64,000 bases of DNA from an uncultured Bacteroidota bacterium (GCA_964563165.1 CAZLWA010000097.1:71893-135892), one strand, 5' to 3'. Counted from the stretch's first letter, positions 10,982 through 20,472 are shown. Made by a program: numbers and translations. The notes: generated from the letters alone by a model not told the origin.

Positions 10982-11695
10982 TTACATCTTCTTTTTTATC
11001 TGTTTTTTCTCGATGAGATGACGCTGGGGCCTGACGGTGATCTCCGAAATAATCGTTCCTTCCGGCTGCAGCAAAATAGTTTCGATCAGCCGGGCAATCG
11101 TGTCCGCAGTAAGATAGCTTTCCGGATCCTCATGCTCTTTGAAGTTCGACCGGTCGTAAAAACTCGTTTTTGTGATATCCGGATTGATCGTCACGACCTT
11201 GACACCGCTTTTGCGCACTTCATCAAACAGCGAATTACCGAAATGCCTCAAACCCGCTTTCGTTGCGGCATAAGCGCAGCCGAATACACTCGTCTTCAGC
11301 GCGGCGACCGAAGAGACCGTGATTACAAAACCTTTGCTCCTTTTCAATTCGCGTAGTAATAATTTGGTCAGAACCAGCGGCGCCAGCAAATTCGTCTGCA
11401 CCATGCGTTCTATCTGCGCTACCGGAATTTCCTCATGCGGAGCGAAATACCCCACGCCTGCATTATTGATCAACACGTGAACGGCGCTTTCAGTTTCCAG
11501 AATATCTTTGACGACGCGTTCCAATTGACGGAGGTCTGTGACGTCGCATACCACCGGTAGAAAATTCCTGGCGCTGAATTTTGATTTTGAGAAATCGCGC
11601 GCAAGACCGTAGACTTTGTAATTGAGCTCGATCAATTTCCGGGCTGCGCTCAAACCGATACCGGAGGAAGCGCCGGTGACAATGGCTGTTTTCAT
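10982..11695 (-). CDS. short-chain dehydrogenase/reductase (SDR) family oxidoreductase
   Basis: It has TGASSGIG at the N-terminus of the true start (MKTAIVTGASSGIG, ATG at 11693-11695) and the catalytic YAATK motif. The track ORF has a 49-codon upstream extension. Confidence 0.75.
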   Translation of the reverse strand: MKTAIVTGASSGIGLSAARKLIELNYKVYGLARDFSKSKFSARNFLPVVCDVTDLRQLERVVKDILETESAVHVLINNAGVGYFAPHEEIPVAQIERMVQTNLLAPLVLTKLLLRELKRSKGFVITVSSVAALKTSVFGCAYAATKAGLRHFGNSLFDEVRKSGVKVVTINPDITKTSFYDRSNFKEHEDPESYLTADTIARLIETILLQPEGTIISEITVRPQRHLIEKKQIKKKM

Positions 11696-11729
11696 ATTGG
11701 AACCTCTGACTGTGAAAAGACTCAATGAT

Positions 11730-12758
11730 TTACATGAAGATTTTTTGTTCCGGAAGATACTCCGATAATAACCCGGACACAAATGCCAGGGCTTCCCGTC
11801 TCTCCTGCTCGCCGTAAGACACCGAATGGCCGTTAACCTCAAACGGATAGTGCAGAAGGTCCGAATCGTTTCGCTGCTTCTTCATCTTCCGCAAATACTC
11901 CGCATTCATGCGGAACACACCCGCGCTGACATCGTAAATTTTCGCGGGCTGAATTCGGCTGAACGTTTCTCGAATGCACTTCTCATAAGAGGCTTGCCAG
12001 CCGGGCGACAAAAGAATCGGATCGAAGCACAAGCGAACTTTCCACCCGTCTTCCGTCGCCTGCCGCACCGCTTCCAACCTCCTCAGAAATGAAGGCGCGC
12101 CGTTTTCCTGAGTTGAAGCGATTGCTCCAGGCGACAGCGTCCATGCCAGTACAACATTTTCGGCCGGTTTCATACGCTGAATCGCTTTATAATTGCCGCT
12201 TTTGGTACGAATTTCAACGGTTAATTCCTCTTTATCCCGCGCAAAATCGATCCACGCCGCGCTGTACGGCACGATATTTTCGAAAGCCAATAGATCCGTG
12301 TCGTAAGAAATAGCCAGATATACCGGGTGGCTCTGCAGTTTTTTTGAAACCGCGTCAAAAAAGTCATCCCCGTTGACGAAGACGACGACATTTGCCGACG
12401 GATACATACCCTGCAAATAACAATATGAGCAATTATAAACGCAATTTAATATCAATGAATTATAATAGAAATGCTTATGCCCCATCCGCTGACTGAAATC
12501 CGATCCTTCGTATAGGAAATGATCTTTCTTTACGGCGAGAATTAATTTCATCGAATGCTTCTGCAATTGAAAATCCTGATTCGGACGATTGAAAATATTT
12601 TTGTAATGACCGACGGGTATGCATTCGGCGTGCGGAAATTTGGCCAGTATGCGTTGCGCGGCAGGATAGCGCAGCGCGGCCTCTTCAAAATAGACATGTG
12701 AAAAATGATTATTGAATAAGGATTTGCCGGATACGGTCGAAGGCATGCTTGTTGTCAC
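11730..12758 (-). CDS. spore photoproduct lyase (SplB)-like radical SAM DNA repair enzyme
   Basis: The ORF is 342 aa. The cluster motif C-VYN-C-S-Y-C-Y matches the SPL C91-x3-C95-x-Y97-C98-Y99 arrangement. Confidence 0.6.
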   Translation of the reverse strand: MTTSMPSTVSGKSLFNNHFSHVYFEEAALRYPAAQRILAKFPHAECIPVGHYKNIFNRPNQDFQLQKHSMKLILAVKKDHFLYEGSDFSQRMGHKHFYYNSLILNCVYNCSYCYLQGMYPSANVVVFVNGDDFFDAVSKKLQSHPVYLAISYDTDLLAFENIVPYSAAWIDFARDKEELTVEIRTKSGNYKAIQRMKPAENVVLAWTLSPGAIASTQENGAPSFLRRLEAVRQATEDGWKVRLCFDPILLSPGWQASYEKCIRETFSRIQPAKIYDVSAGVFRMNAEYLRKMKKQRNDSDLLHYPFEVNGHSVSYGEQERREALAFVSGLLSEYLPEQKIFM

Positions 12759-13611
12759 TTTTAGTTTGAATGTCGATCGTTAAGAAAGTCCTTAACACGG
12801 CCAGCTCGCTTTGATTTCTCACTTTGTAGCTTTTGGACCAGTCCTGCAGTTGACGGAATTGCGTTTCCGTTAATCGCAGCCGCGTGCGAATGCTTGCGAG
12901 TAATTCAACTTCACTTTCAGAAAAAATGAGAGCCGGCAAAGGACTCACCTCCTGAAGGTGCCGAATACATTTCTCAATGTACGGCAGATTCTTTTCCACC
13001 AGCCCGCTGATGAATTCTTTTGAAATGTGGGATAGTTCGAGAAAATCGGAAATGATTTTCAAACACACTATCCGATGCGGCCCAAGGAACATCGCCGCCG
13101 CCTGAAAAAAACCGGAAGCCTCCATGTCCACCAAATCCAAATTCATTCCTGAAATATTCTCCGTAACCACCGGCCGGTCAAAGGTCACTAAAGAGGACTC
13201 GGGAAATTCGATTTTCCGGATCGGATCCGGAAAAAATTCCCGCCCGCTTGCGTGGTCGGTAACCTTGTTTATAACGCACACGTCACCGATCTTTCTTTGT
13301 GCATTCGCACTTCCGCAAATACCGAAATTAATGACCGCCGCGTGCTCGGACCTGTTATTCAATACGCATGTCGTCGCGACCGCGGACCTGATTTTCCCCA
13401 TTCCGCTGACGATCAAAGTAATTTCGGCGTTGCGAAACAGATCAAATTGAGTTGAGGATGGATCTTTTTTTAAATCAAATAAAGAGATCAACGGTTTGGC
13501 TTCGCAGTGCAGGGCCGTGACGATATCAATCAAAGGAATTTCAACTTTCTTTTTTTTTTTCGCATAATTCCAAAAGAACACCTCCGGTAGATTTGGGATG
13601 AACAAACGCAA
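12709..13611 (-). CDS. PNP/UDP-fold nucleosidase (MTA/SAH or 5'-deoxyadenosine nucleosidase / futalosine hydrolase family) with a ~90 aa C-terminal extension
   Basis: It has the MTAN-type motif LVDMEASGFFQAAAMF…ISDF and an N-terminal ALHCEAK region. The 5' 70 nt of the track ORF overlap the preceding VOC gene, so the true start is probably internal (e.g. TTG near 13533). The stop overlaps the SplB-like gene start by 50 nt. Confidence 0.5.
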   Translation of the reverse strand: MRLFIPNLPEVFFWNYAKKKKKVEIPLIDIVTALHCEAKPLISLFDLKKDPSSTQFDLFRNAEITLIVSGMGKIRSAVATTCVLNNRSEHAAVINFGICGSANAQRKIGDVCVINKVTDHASGREFFPDPIRKIEFPESSLVTFDRPVVTENISGMNLDLVDMEASGFFQAAAMFLGPHRIVCLKIISDFLELSHISKEFISGLVEKNLPYIEKCIRHLQEVSPLPALIFSESEVELLASIRTRLRLTETQFRQLQDWSKSYKVRNQSELAVLRTFLTIDIQTKSDNKHAFDRIRQILIQ

Positions 13612-13966
13612 TTTTAGAACCGTGCGCGCCGTTCTTAGGAAAACTGTCGATCAACTGAAAGCCTTTCTGCTTAAGGTCGGTCAATTTGGATTCGATATCC
13701 GTCACTTCAATCGCGATATGCGCGATGCCTCCTTTACCGCCGTGGCCGGCGATAAACTTGGCGATCGGGCTCGCCGGGTCCGTCGCTGCGAGTAATTCGA
13801 TCTTCGATTCACCGATCTGAAAAAACGCCGTTTCAACTTTTTGATCTGCAATGATCTCACGGCCCTGATACGTAAACCCCATCGCCCGGTAAATTTCAAT
13901 TGCCGATTCCAAATTGGTCACGGCAATACCAATGTGATCAATTTTATTAAGCTTCATGCTTCTCAT
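13541..13966 (-). CDS. mce: VOC/glyoxalase-fold methylmalonyl-CoA epimerase-like protein
   Basis: It starts MKLNKIDHIGIAVTNLESAIEIY… and has …GGIAHIAIEV…, a typical epimerase of about 135 aa. The C-terminal EKKKES is encoded by an A11 homopolymer. Confidence 0.65.
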   Translation of the reverse strand: MRSMKLNKIDHIGIAVTNLESAIEIYRAMGFTYQGREIIADQKVETAFFQIGESKIELLAATDPASPIAKFIAGHGGKGGIAHIAIEVTDIESKLTDLKQKGFQLIDSFPKNGAHGSKIAFVHPKSTGGVLLELCEKKKES

Positions 13967-14843
13967 TATTAGATTGTACGGCCGCTTTCAACGTATTTTT
14001 TAGCAGCATCGCAATCGTCATGGGACCTACACCGCCCGGTACCGGGGTGATCGCGGAGGCGACCTCTTTCGCGGAATCAAAATGCACATCGCCGACCAGC
14101 CGCGTTCCGGACTTCGTAGTGGGATCGTCGATACGATTGATCCCTACGTCTATAACGACCGCGCCTTTTTTGAGCATAGCGCCCGTGAGCATCTCCGGTT
14201 TCCCCGCCGCAGCGATCACGATGTCGGCTTGTTTTGTAAAATAGGCCATATCCGGCGTTCCGGTGTGACAAACCGTTACGGTCGCATTAGCGCCCTTGGA
14301 TTTTTGTATCAGCATGTTGGCAAGCGGTTTGCCGACAATATTGCTGCGCCCCACGATCACCGTGTGTTTTCCATCCGTATCGATCCCGCTGCGAGTCAAT
14401 AATTCCTGAATGCCGGCAGGCGTGCACGGAAGAAAGATCGGATCGCCCATGGCCATTTTACCAACGTTGTACGGGTGAAAACAATCCACATCTTTGTGCG
14501 GCGCGATCGCGTTGATAACGGCGCTTTCGCGAATGTGCTTCGGCAAGGGCAGCTGAACCAAAATGCCGGAAACCTTTTTATCGTCGTTCAATTGCCGAAT
14601 GAGATCAAGCAATTTTGTTTCCTCGGTCTCGGCCGGTAAATGAATGGTTTCGTGATCCATACCCGCTTCCACACACGCTTTGCCTTTATTTCGCACATAG
14701 ACCTGGGATGCAGGATTCTCGCCGACCAATACGGCCGTGAGCTTCGGAATGATATTCCTTTTTTTCAGCGCCTCTACTTCCTGTTTGATTTCCAACTTGA
14801 TTTCCTCGGCAATTTTTTTTCCGTCAATGATCACTGCGCTCAA
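13947..14843 (-). CDS. folD: bifunctional methylenetetrahydrofolate dehydrogenase / methenyltetrahydrofolate cyclohydrolase
   Basis: It starts MSAVIIDGKKIAEEIK… and has …LVGENPASQVYVRNK…. The ORF is 298 aa. Confidence 0.9.
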   Translation of the reverse strand: MSAVIIDGKKIAEEIKLEIKQEVEALKKRNIIPKLTAVLVGENPASQVYVRNKGKACVEAGMDHETIHLPAETEETKLLDLIRQLNDDKKVSGILVQLPLPKHIRESAVINAIAPHKDVDCFHPYNVGKMAMGDPIFLPCTPAGIQELLTRSGIDTDGKHTVIVGRSNIVGKPLANMLIQKSKGANATVTVCHTGTPDMAYFTKQADIVIAAAGKPEMLTGAMLKKGAVVIDVGINRIDDPTTKSGTRLVGDVHFDSAKEVASAITPVPGGVGPMTIAMLLKNTLKAAVQSNNEKHEA

Positions 14844-14859
14844 ACCGATGGCTCCTTGG

Positions 14860-15654
14860 TTACGTGTGGTCTATTCTGATTCTTTCGATATGCGTCGCTT
14901 TCCCGGTTTCCGTATCGACTGTAAAAAACGCCCCGTGCAATTTCAGCTCACCCTGCGACGGCTCGAATTTAAAATACGTTTGTAAAATGAATTTACTGAT
15001 TGCCGCTTCTTTTTGCATTCCGATCACGCCGTCGTGCGGACCCGTCATGCCGACGTCCGTAATAAATGCGGTGCCTTCCCGCGTAATGTGCTCATCGGCC
15101 GTCTGCACGTGGGTATGCGTGCCGAGGATCGCGCTGACTTTACCGTCTACGTAATGTTTGAACGCGATCTTTTCCGCCGTCGCTTCCGCATGAAAATCCA
15201 CGATGATCACATTCGTCTGACGTTTCAAGACCTCGATCTCGCGCTCGCCCGTACGAAACGGACATTCAAGATCATACATATACGTTCGTCCCTGCAAATT
15301 CAGGACCCCTACTTTAACACCGCCGGGCAATTTGAAAATAGCGGAACCTTTGCCGGGATTGCCGACCGGGTAATTATGCGGACGCAGTAAATAATTCTGA
15401 ATTTTCGGACTTTCGGCATAAAAAGTTTTTTTCCGGTCCCAAATGTGATTACCGCTGGTGATGACGTGCACCCCGAGCGTGAACAATTCCTCACACATGG
15501 TCTCGGTGATCCCTTTGCCTTCCAGCACATTTTCCCCGTTAGCCACGACAAAATCTGCCCGCCGGTCCTTGATGAGATTCGGCAGCAGCGCTCTGACGAG
15601 ATCCATTCCCGGCTTGCCGAAAATATCGGCAATGTGTAAACATCGTATTTCCAT
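14860..15654 (-). CDS. ymdB: YmdB-like calcineurin-type metallophosphoesterase (TIGR00282 family)
   Basis: It starts MEIRCLHIADIFGKPG… and has …VVANGEN…SGNHIWD…. The track ORF begins 23 codons upstream at 15723, but the MEIR start at 15654 matches the family. Confidence 0.75.
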   Translation of the reverse strand: MEIRCLHIADIFGKPGMDLVRALLPNLIKDRRADFVVANGENVLEGKGITETMCEELFTLGVHVITSGNHIWDRKKTFYAESPKIQNYLLRPHNYPVGNPGKGSAIFKLPGGVKVGVLNLQGRTYMYDLECPFRTGEREIEVLKRQTNVIIVDFHAEATAEKIAFKHYVDGKVSAILGTHTHVQTADEHITREGTAFITDVGMTGPHDGVIGMQKEAAISKFILQTYFKFEPSQGELKLHGAFFTVDTETGKATHIERIRIDHT

Positions 15655-15720
15655 TGAACTCCGTTTTTCAGATAATGTACAAAAACCGAACACATAAACA
15701 AGAATTGAAAGACATTGCAT

Positions 15721-15803
15721 CATTTGGTCATTTAGTCATTCGGTCATTTTGTGATTGAAATTCGAAAATGACAAAATGACTTAATGGTCAAATGACTAAA
15801 TAA
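15721..15803. promoter_or_regulatory. ~85-bp imperfect palindrome built from four GTCATTT / AAATGAC half-sites per arm, between the ubiD-like stop and the ymdB-like start
   Basis: ATTTGGTCATTTAGTCATTCGGTCATTTTGTGATT-gaaattcg-AAAATGACAAAATGACTTAATGGTCAAATGACTAAAT. The arms match at about 30 of 38 positions. Confidence 0.5.
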
Positions 15804-17631
15804 TGCCATGCAGGCTTTTCCCGGGCGCAGCCAGAGCGTCGACACGCTTCGTGATTTCCGGATCTTCCTCCAACGGCGGCGCGTGATGCGGTTTCATGCG
15901 CGCATCGATCACGAGCGGTCCCCGGCAGCCCCAGTGCTTATCGTAAACGAACGGGTCGACGCCGCTGATATCCGCCGCCGGATTAGAGCGCGTGAATGCG
16001 ACCCATAAAAAGTTATTCAGCGTTTTTGCCGCAAATTCACTGTCATCCGTTAATACGATAAGCGGAAACGCTTCAAAATATTTTTTATCCGAAAAAAACT
16101 GACAAAATAATTCCCGGCCTTTTTCGCCTTTGATCTTATCCCGGTACGCCGGCGCACCGACCGTCAGCACTCCGGGCATTACGATTTTGGGATGATGAAA
16201 TCCGTCCGGCATGGAAAGTTCCCGGGGCAGACTCGTACCGAGCTCCCGGCGAACGCCTCCCGCCGCCGCGATCACGACCTTCGAACCCTCATTTAAACCG
16301 GCGCCTGAATAGTCAAGCGTATCGATCGTCGTGCGGGTCTCAAAATGCAGATCCGTTTCCCAATTTACGCGCTGAAGCGCATGAATTAAGAATTCCTGAA
16401 TGTTATGAATATTCAGATCCGGATCATCTTCCTTCGCAATGATGAACAGGTATTTCGCCAGGGAAATCTGACCCTGCCCTAAGAGTGCATGAGCGATCGT
16501 CAATATTTCCTGCGGCCGTCTCTCGCCGTAAGGTACGTAACGCTCGCTTCCGATTGCCAGCAGCAGCGGGTGCACGCCCGCCGCGTCCACCGCATGAACG
16601 GCATGGAGCCCGGGAATGAGAGTCGGGATCACCGGTCCGGCAATTTCATGCACGAGTTCACCGAACGTTGTGTCTTCCTGCGGCGGCCTCCCAACCACGG
16701 TGAACGGCCAAATCGCATCGCGGCGATGAAAAATCTTTTCTATTTTCATTACGGGAAATTCATGCGTTAAACTGTAATATCCCAGATGATCCCCGAACGG
16801 GCCTTCCGGCAGCATGGTGTGCGGATCAACCGTTCCGATCATACAAAAATCCGCATCGCAGGCGAGCACGTAGCCTTCCGAATTTTTCACATAGCGAAAC
16901 CTTCTTCCGCCGAGCGCGCCGGCAAATGCAAGTTCTGAAAGACCTTCCGGTAAAGGCATCACGGCGGCCACCGCCAGAGCGGGCGCACCCCCCACGAAGA
17001 CGCTGACCTTCAATTTTTCGCCGCGTCGAATGGCTGCGTGATGATGAACGCCGATCCCACGATGAATTTGATAATGTAAACCGGCTTGTTCATTAGGTGC
17101 ATACTTGCCGCCGGAAATCTGGATCCGGTACATGCCGAGATTCGACATGGTCCTGCCTGGAAAATCCGGATGTTCGGTGTAGACCTGGGGCAGCGTGATA
17201 AAAGCGCCGCCGTCTTTAGGCCAGCATTGGATCTGCGGAAGTTGGTCGGCGCGGCATTGATGCGCAAACACAGCTCCCGACAACCTTCTCATCGGGAGTA
17301 GATTCAGCACACTCAGCGACAACGAAGAATAACGAAGCGGTTTCTTAAGTAAAAGCGAGGGATCAATTTTTAGTTCGACCAGTTTCTTTACGGCTTCGAG
17401 CGTATCGCGAAAAATAAATCGCGTCCGCTCCATCGTTCCGAATATATTGGACGCGCACGGAAAGGGCGTTCCCTTCACGTTCATATACCACAGCGCCGGT
17501 CCTCTGGCTTGGTATACCCTGCGTTGGATCTCTGCCATTTCCAGAAACGGATCCACTTCCTCCGTGATGCGGACGAGATGGCCGTTTCTTTCAAGATCGA
17601 GCAAACACGCGCGCAAGTTTTTATATGCCAT
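15796..17631 (-). CDS. UbiD-family (prenylated-FMN dependent) decarboxylase; longer than typical (611 aa vs ~490)
   Basis: The N-terminus MAYKNLRACLLDLERNGHLVRITEEVDPFLEMAEI is typical of UbiD and the C-terminal region is family-like. There is an internal insertion of roughly 100 aa. Confidence 0.75.
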   Translation of the reverse strand: MAYKNLRACLLDLERNGHLVRITEEVDPFLEMAEIQRRVYQARGPALWYMNVKGTPFPCASNIFGTMERTRFIFRDTLEAVKKLVELKIDPSLLLKKPLRYSSLSLSVLNLLPMRRLSGAVFAHQCRADQLPQIQCWPKDGGAFITLPQVYTEHPDFPGRTMSNLGMYRIQISGGKYAPNEQAGLHYQIHRGIGVHHHAAIRRGEKLKVSVFVGGAPALAVAAVMPLPEGLSELAFAGALGGRRFRYVKNSEGYVLACDADFCMIGTVDPHTMLPEGPFGDHLGYYSLTHEFPVMKIEKIFHRRDAIWPFTVVGRPPQEDTTFGELVHEIAGPVIPTLIPGLHAVHAVDAAGVHPLLLAIGSERYVPYGERRPQEILTIAHALLGQGQISLAKYLFIIAKEDDPDLNIHNIQEFLIHALQRVNWETDLHFETRTTIDTLDYSGAGLNEGSKVVIAAAGGVRRELGTSLPRELSMPDGFHHPKIVMPGVLTVGAPAYRDKIKGEKGRELFCQFFSDKKYFEAFPLIVLTDDSEFAAKTLNNFLWVAFTRSNPAADISGVDPFVYDKHWGCRGPLVIDARMKPHHAPPLEEDPEITKRVDALAAPGKSLHGII

Positions 17632-17768
17632 GGTAAATATCCTGTAACGTCAGCCATGTTAATAAAATTCATTGATAAATAAAATAGACAAATCGCACGA
17701 CGACATTTTAGTTGTTTATGGTTTCCGCGTTGAGTATTCTCCTTCACAACGCTTTGATCGGTGTAAAA

Positions 17769-19163
17769 ATGGAAAATCACTCTCTCGTCTGGCTCCGCCG
17801 CGACCTGCGGCTCGCGGATAACACCGCCCTGAACAATGCTATGCAGGAAAGCAATAAAGTGTCACTCATTTTTATTTTCGATGTCCATATTGTTAACGGA
17901 CTTCCTAAAAATGACCGGCGGATCTCGTTCATCTGGGAATCGCTCGAAGATATGAATGTTCAATTAGCTAAGAAAGGCGCGGATCCGATCGCCATAATAT
18001 TTGGAAAGCCGGAAGAGATCATACCTCAAATTCTACTGAGGACTTCCTTTACGGCCCTCTATCTCAATCATGACTATGAGCCCTATGCCATCGGTCGTGA
18101 TTCGATAATTGAGAAGTTCTGCCGTCGGAATCACATCTCCTTTCACGCATTTAAAGATCAGGTCATGTTTGACACATCCGAGATCATCAAAGACGATGGA
18201 ACCCCGTATAGAGTTTTCACTGCGTATAAGAACAAATGGCTGTTGGAATTAGAAAAATCCCCGCCGGATGCAGCTGCTACAAAAGCTTTCGTCTGGAAAA
18301 AAGTAGTACGTTTAAAAATTAATGACAAATCAGTTAACTCCCTGACCGATTTGGGATTTGATTCGCAAACAAATATTCTTACGGGTGGAGAAACGTCGGC
18401 TTTAAGAACGTGGAAAGCGTTCCAAAATAATTCTCTCGCCGGCTATTATAGAGTTCGCGATCTGCCGGCATTGAACCGAACTTCGCACCTATCCCCTTAT
18501 TTGCGGTTTGGCAATATTTCGATTCGCAGGCTGGTCCGTTATTTGGCGCCGCAAAAATCCGCCGGTGCGAGGGTTTTCTTGTCCGAGCTGATCTGGCGTG
18601 AATTTTTTATGATGATTCTTTTCCACTTCCGGCATGTTGTGACCGGTAACTTCAATTCTCAATATGACGGTATTCCATGGATAAATAACAAGCGCTGGTT
18701 TCGGGCATGGTGCACGGGCAGGACGGGATTTCCAATCGTGGACGCGGGCATGCGCGAACTCAATTCCACCGGTTACATGCATAACCGCGTGCGAATGATC
18801 GTCGCTTCATTTTTGGTTAAACATTTGCATGTGGACTGGCGATGGGGAGAAAAATATTTTGCCAAAAACCTGCTCGATTTTGAGTTGTCCAGCAACAATG
18901 GTAATTGGCAATGGGCGGCGGGAACCGGCGTGGATGCCGCTCCCTATTTTAGGATCTTCAATCCGCTGACCCAAAGTAAAAAATTCGATCCGGATGGAAT
19001 TTACATAAAAAAATGGATCCCGGAATTGCGCGGCCTCTCATCGAAAGAGATTCACGATCCGATGGATGCCGTGAGATCTGAATATCCAACGGCGATGATC
19101 GACCTGGGCAAAGAAAGACAAATTTGTTTGCAGCTCTACAGTACAATAAAAAAGCCCCGCTGA
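17769..19163 (+). CDS. phrB: deoxyribodipyrimidine (CPD) photolyase, class I
   Basis: It starts MENHSLVWLRRDLRLADNTAL and has the FAD-binding domain motifs WREFF, NNGNWQWAAG and YFRIFNP. The track ORF starts 19 codons earlier at 17712. Confidence 0.85.
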   Translation: MENHSLVWLRRDLRLADNTALNNAMQESNKVSLIFIFDVHIVNGLPKNDRRISFIWESLEDMNVQLAKKGADPIAIIFGKPEEIIPQILLRTSFTALYLNHDYEPYAIGRDSIIEKFCRRNHISFHAFKDQVMFDTSEIIKDDGTPYRVFTAYKNKWLLELEKSPPDAAATKAFVWKKVVRLKINDKSVNSLTDLGFDSQTNILTGGETSALRTWKAFQNNSLAGYYRVRDLPALNRTSHLSPYLRFGNISIRRLVRYLAPQKSAGARVFLSELIWREFFMMILFHFRHVVTGNFNSQYDGIPWINNKRWFRAWCTGRTGFPIVDAGMRELNSTGYMHNRVRMIVASFLVKHLHVDWRWGEKYFAKNLLDFELSSNNGNWQWAAGTGVDAAPYFRIFNPLTQSKKFDPDGIYIKKWIPELRGLSSKEIHDPMDAVRSEYPTAMIDLGKERQICLQLYSTIKKPR

Positions 19164-19230
19164 ATAACGGGACTCTTGAAAGAATCATGTGAAAGTTCAC
19201 ATTCAATTAAATTCATTGTTGATGAAAACC
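19164..19230. terminator. candidate bidirectional hairpin (ATGTGAA-ag-TTCACAT) between convergent genes
   Basis: It is a 7-bp perfect stem with a 2-nt loop between the photolyase stop and the convergent gene stop. It has a weak T-tract. Confidence 0.3.
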
Positions 19231-20097
19231 TTAGAAATTATAAAGTAACCCGACGGCGATCACTTCTTTGAACTGGATCTTCGACTTGCCATTCGAATTT
19301 TTCACGTTGTGATCTTTGATCAGCTGCGTGCTGACGCTCGAACTGACGATCTTGTTGACTTTCAGAAGCAACAGATTCTCCCAATTGACGACTACGTGTT
19401 TGAGGTCGTCGTAGGAATCAAACAAATTCAATTTCGTCTGAAAATCCACGCCTTCCATAAGTTTGGTTTTGTAGCCGCTGTTGATCTGCCATCCGAACTG
19501 CATCAGCGTCTTCTTTCCGGCCTTCACGCCGAAAGCTCCGTGCGCCGATAACGAATCATCGGTGACGATCGTCGCTTTGCCGGTTATTGGCGAGATGAGT
19601 GCGAAGAAGTGGTCATTGGGCCTGTATTCCGCGCCAAGGGAGAGCGTCAAATAACCCGGCGCCATGAATTTGGATATGAGTGTTTTTGGCGAAGTGTTGA
19701 AATCATAGCCCTTCGCAAATTGAGTGCGGAAGTCCAGAAGCCCGCTGTATCCCCAGGCACCAACCAGCGAACGGCCATACTTTGACGTGAAAATCAACTT
19801 ATCATCGCTTTTCCGTACGGAATTTTTTCCCTGCTTAACGATTCCGTAACCCAGGTCCAACGTATTGTCCCACGCAACGTTATCTTTTTTCATATTTGCA
19901 AACAAGCTCACTAGTCCGTTAGTCGCCAGCGAGTTATCCCCGCCCGCTGCCCAATTTTTCAGGCTCACCTGGCTGAGATTCAAACCGATCGCGCCTCCGG
20001 TTTTCCACGTGGTGTCTTTTTTGGCTTCCTGGCCGGTCTCCTGGGAAAAAGCGACAGATGTAAAGAACAGCAGGCTGAGAATTGATCTCATTTTCAT
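19231..20097 (-). CDS. hypothetical secreted / outer-membrane beta-barrel-like protein
   Basis: It has a signal peptide MKMRSILSLLFFTSVAFSQ, alternating hydrophobic beta-strand patterns and a C-terminal aromatic residue (…LLYNF). Confidence 0.4.
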   Translation of the reverse strand: MKMRSILSLLFFTSVAFSQETGQEAKKDTTWKTGGAIGLNLSQVSLKNWAAGGDNSLATNGLVSLFANMKKDNVAWDNTLDLGYGIVKQGKNSVRKSDDKLIFTSKYGRSLVGAWGYSGLLDFRTQFAKGYDFNTSPKTLISKFMAPGYLTLSLGAEYRPNDHFFALISPITGKATIVTDDSLSAHGAFGVKAGKKTLMQFGWQINSGYKTKLMEGVDFQTKLNLFDSYDDLKHVVVNWENLLLLKVNKIVSSSVSTQLIKDHNVKNSNGKSKIQFKEVIAVGLLYNF

Positions 20098-20133
20098 ACT
20101 TCAACTCCTGTATAGTTTTGTGGTTTCGTTGGC

Positions 20134-20436
20134 TTAATCAACTTTGGTGTACGATCCTATATGTGATTCGAATTCCATAAGCGGCTCCATCCGTTCGTCT
20201 ATGGCCTTGTATTCGTCCAGCCGTTGTTTTCTAAACTGATCGTAAGCTTCTTTGGAGGCCCATCTGTCCACACTGATATACTGGCCGCTGTCCTGAATAT
20301 CAGTCAAGAGTTCGGTGCCGAGATAACCCTGGCCGTTCTTAAAAAACATCGCCCATTCACCGGACGGGCCGTACGCTTTTTCAAAATCCTTTTCACTGCC
20401 CTCCTTTACCGTGAATTTCCAAATAATGATGTACAT
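20134..20436 (-). CDS. antibiotic-biosynthesis-monooxygenase (ABM/Dabb) domain protein
   Basis: It is about 100 aa with the ferredoxin-like ABM pattern (MYIIIWKFTVKEG…FEKAYGPSGEWAMFF…). Confidence 0.5.
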   Translation of the reverse strand: MYIIIWKFTVKEGSEKDFEKAYGPSGEWAMFFKNGQGYLGTELLTDIQDSGQYISVDRWASKEAYDQFRKQRLDEYKAIDERMEPLMEFESHIGSYTKVD

Positions 20437-20472
20437 GAATTCGTTCTCCGATCGTAGATGGTTGATTATCTC

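Noticed and set aside
13550-13560. The T11/A11 homopolymer at the mce 3' end as a programmed slippage site
   Set aside because: It lies 2-8 codons from the natural stop of the VOC-family gene, so slippage would change only the last few residues. It is more likely just a homopolymer, and a possible source of sequencing error affecting the downstream ORF's apparent start.
15655-15723. The MMQCL… start of the ymdB-like ORF at 15723
   Set aside because: The family N-terminus begins at MEIRCLHIADIFG (15654). The extension would overlap the palindromic putative operator.
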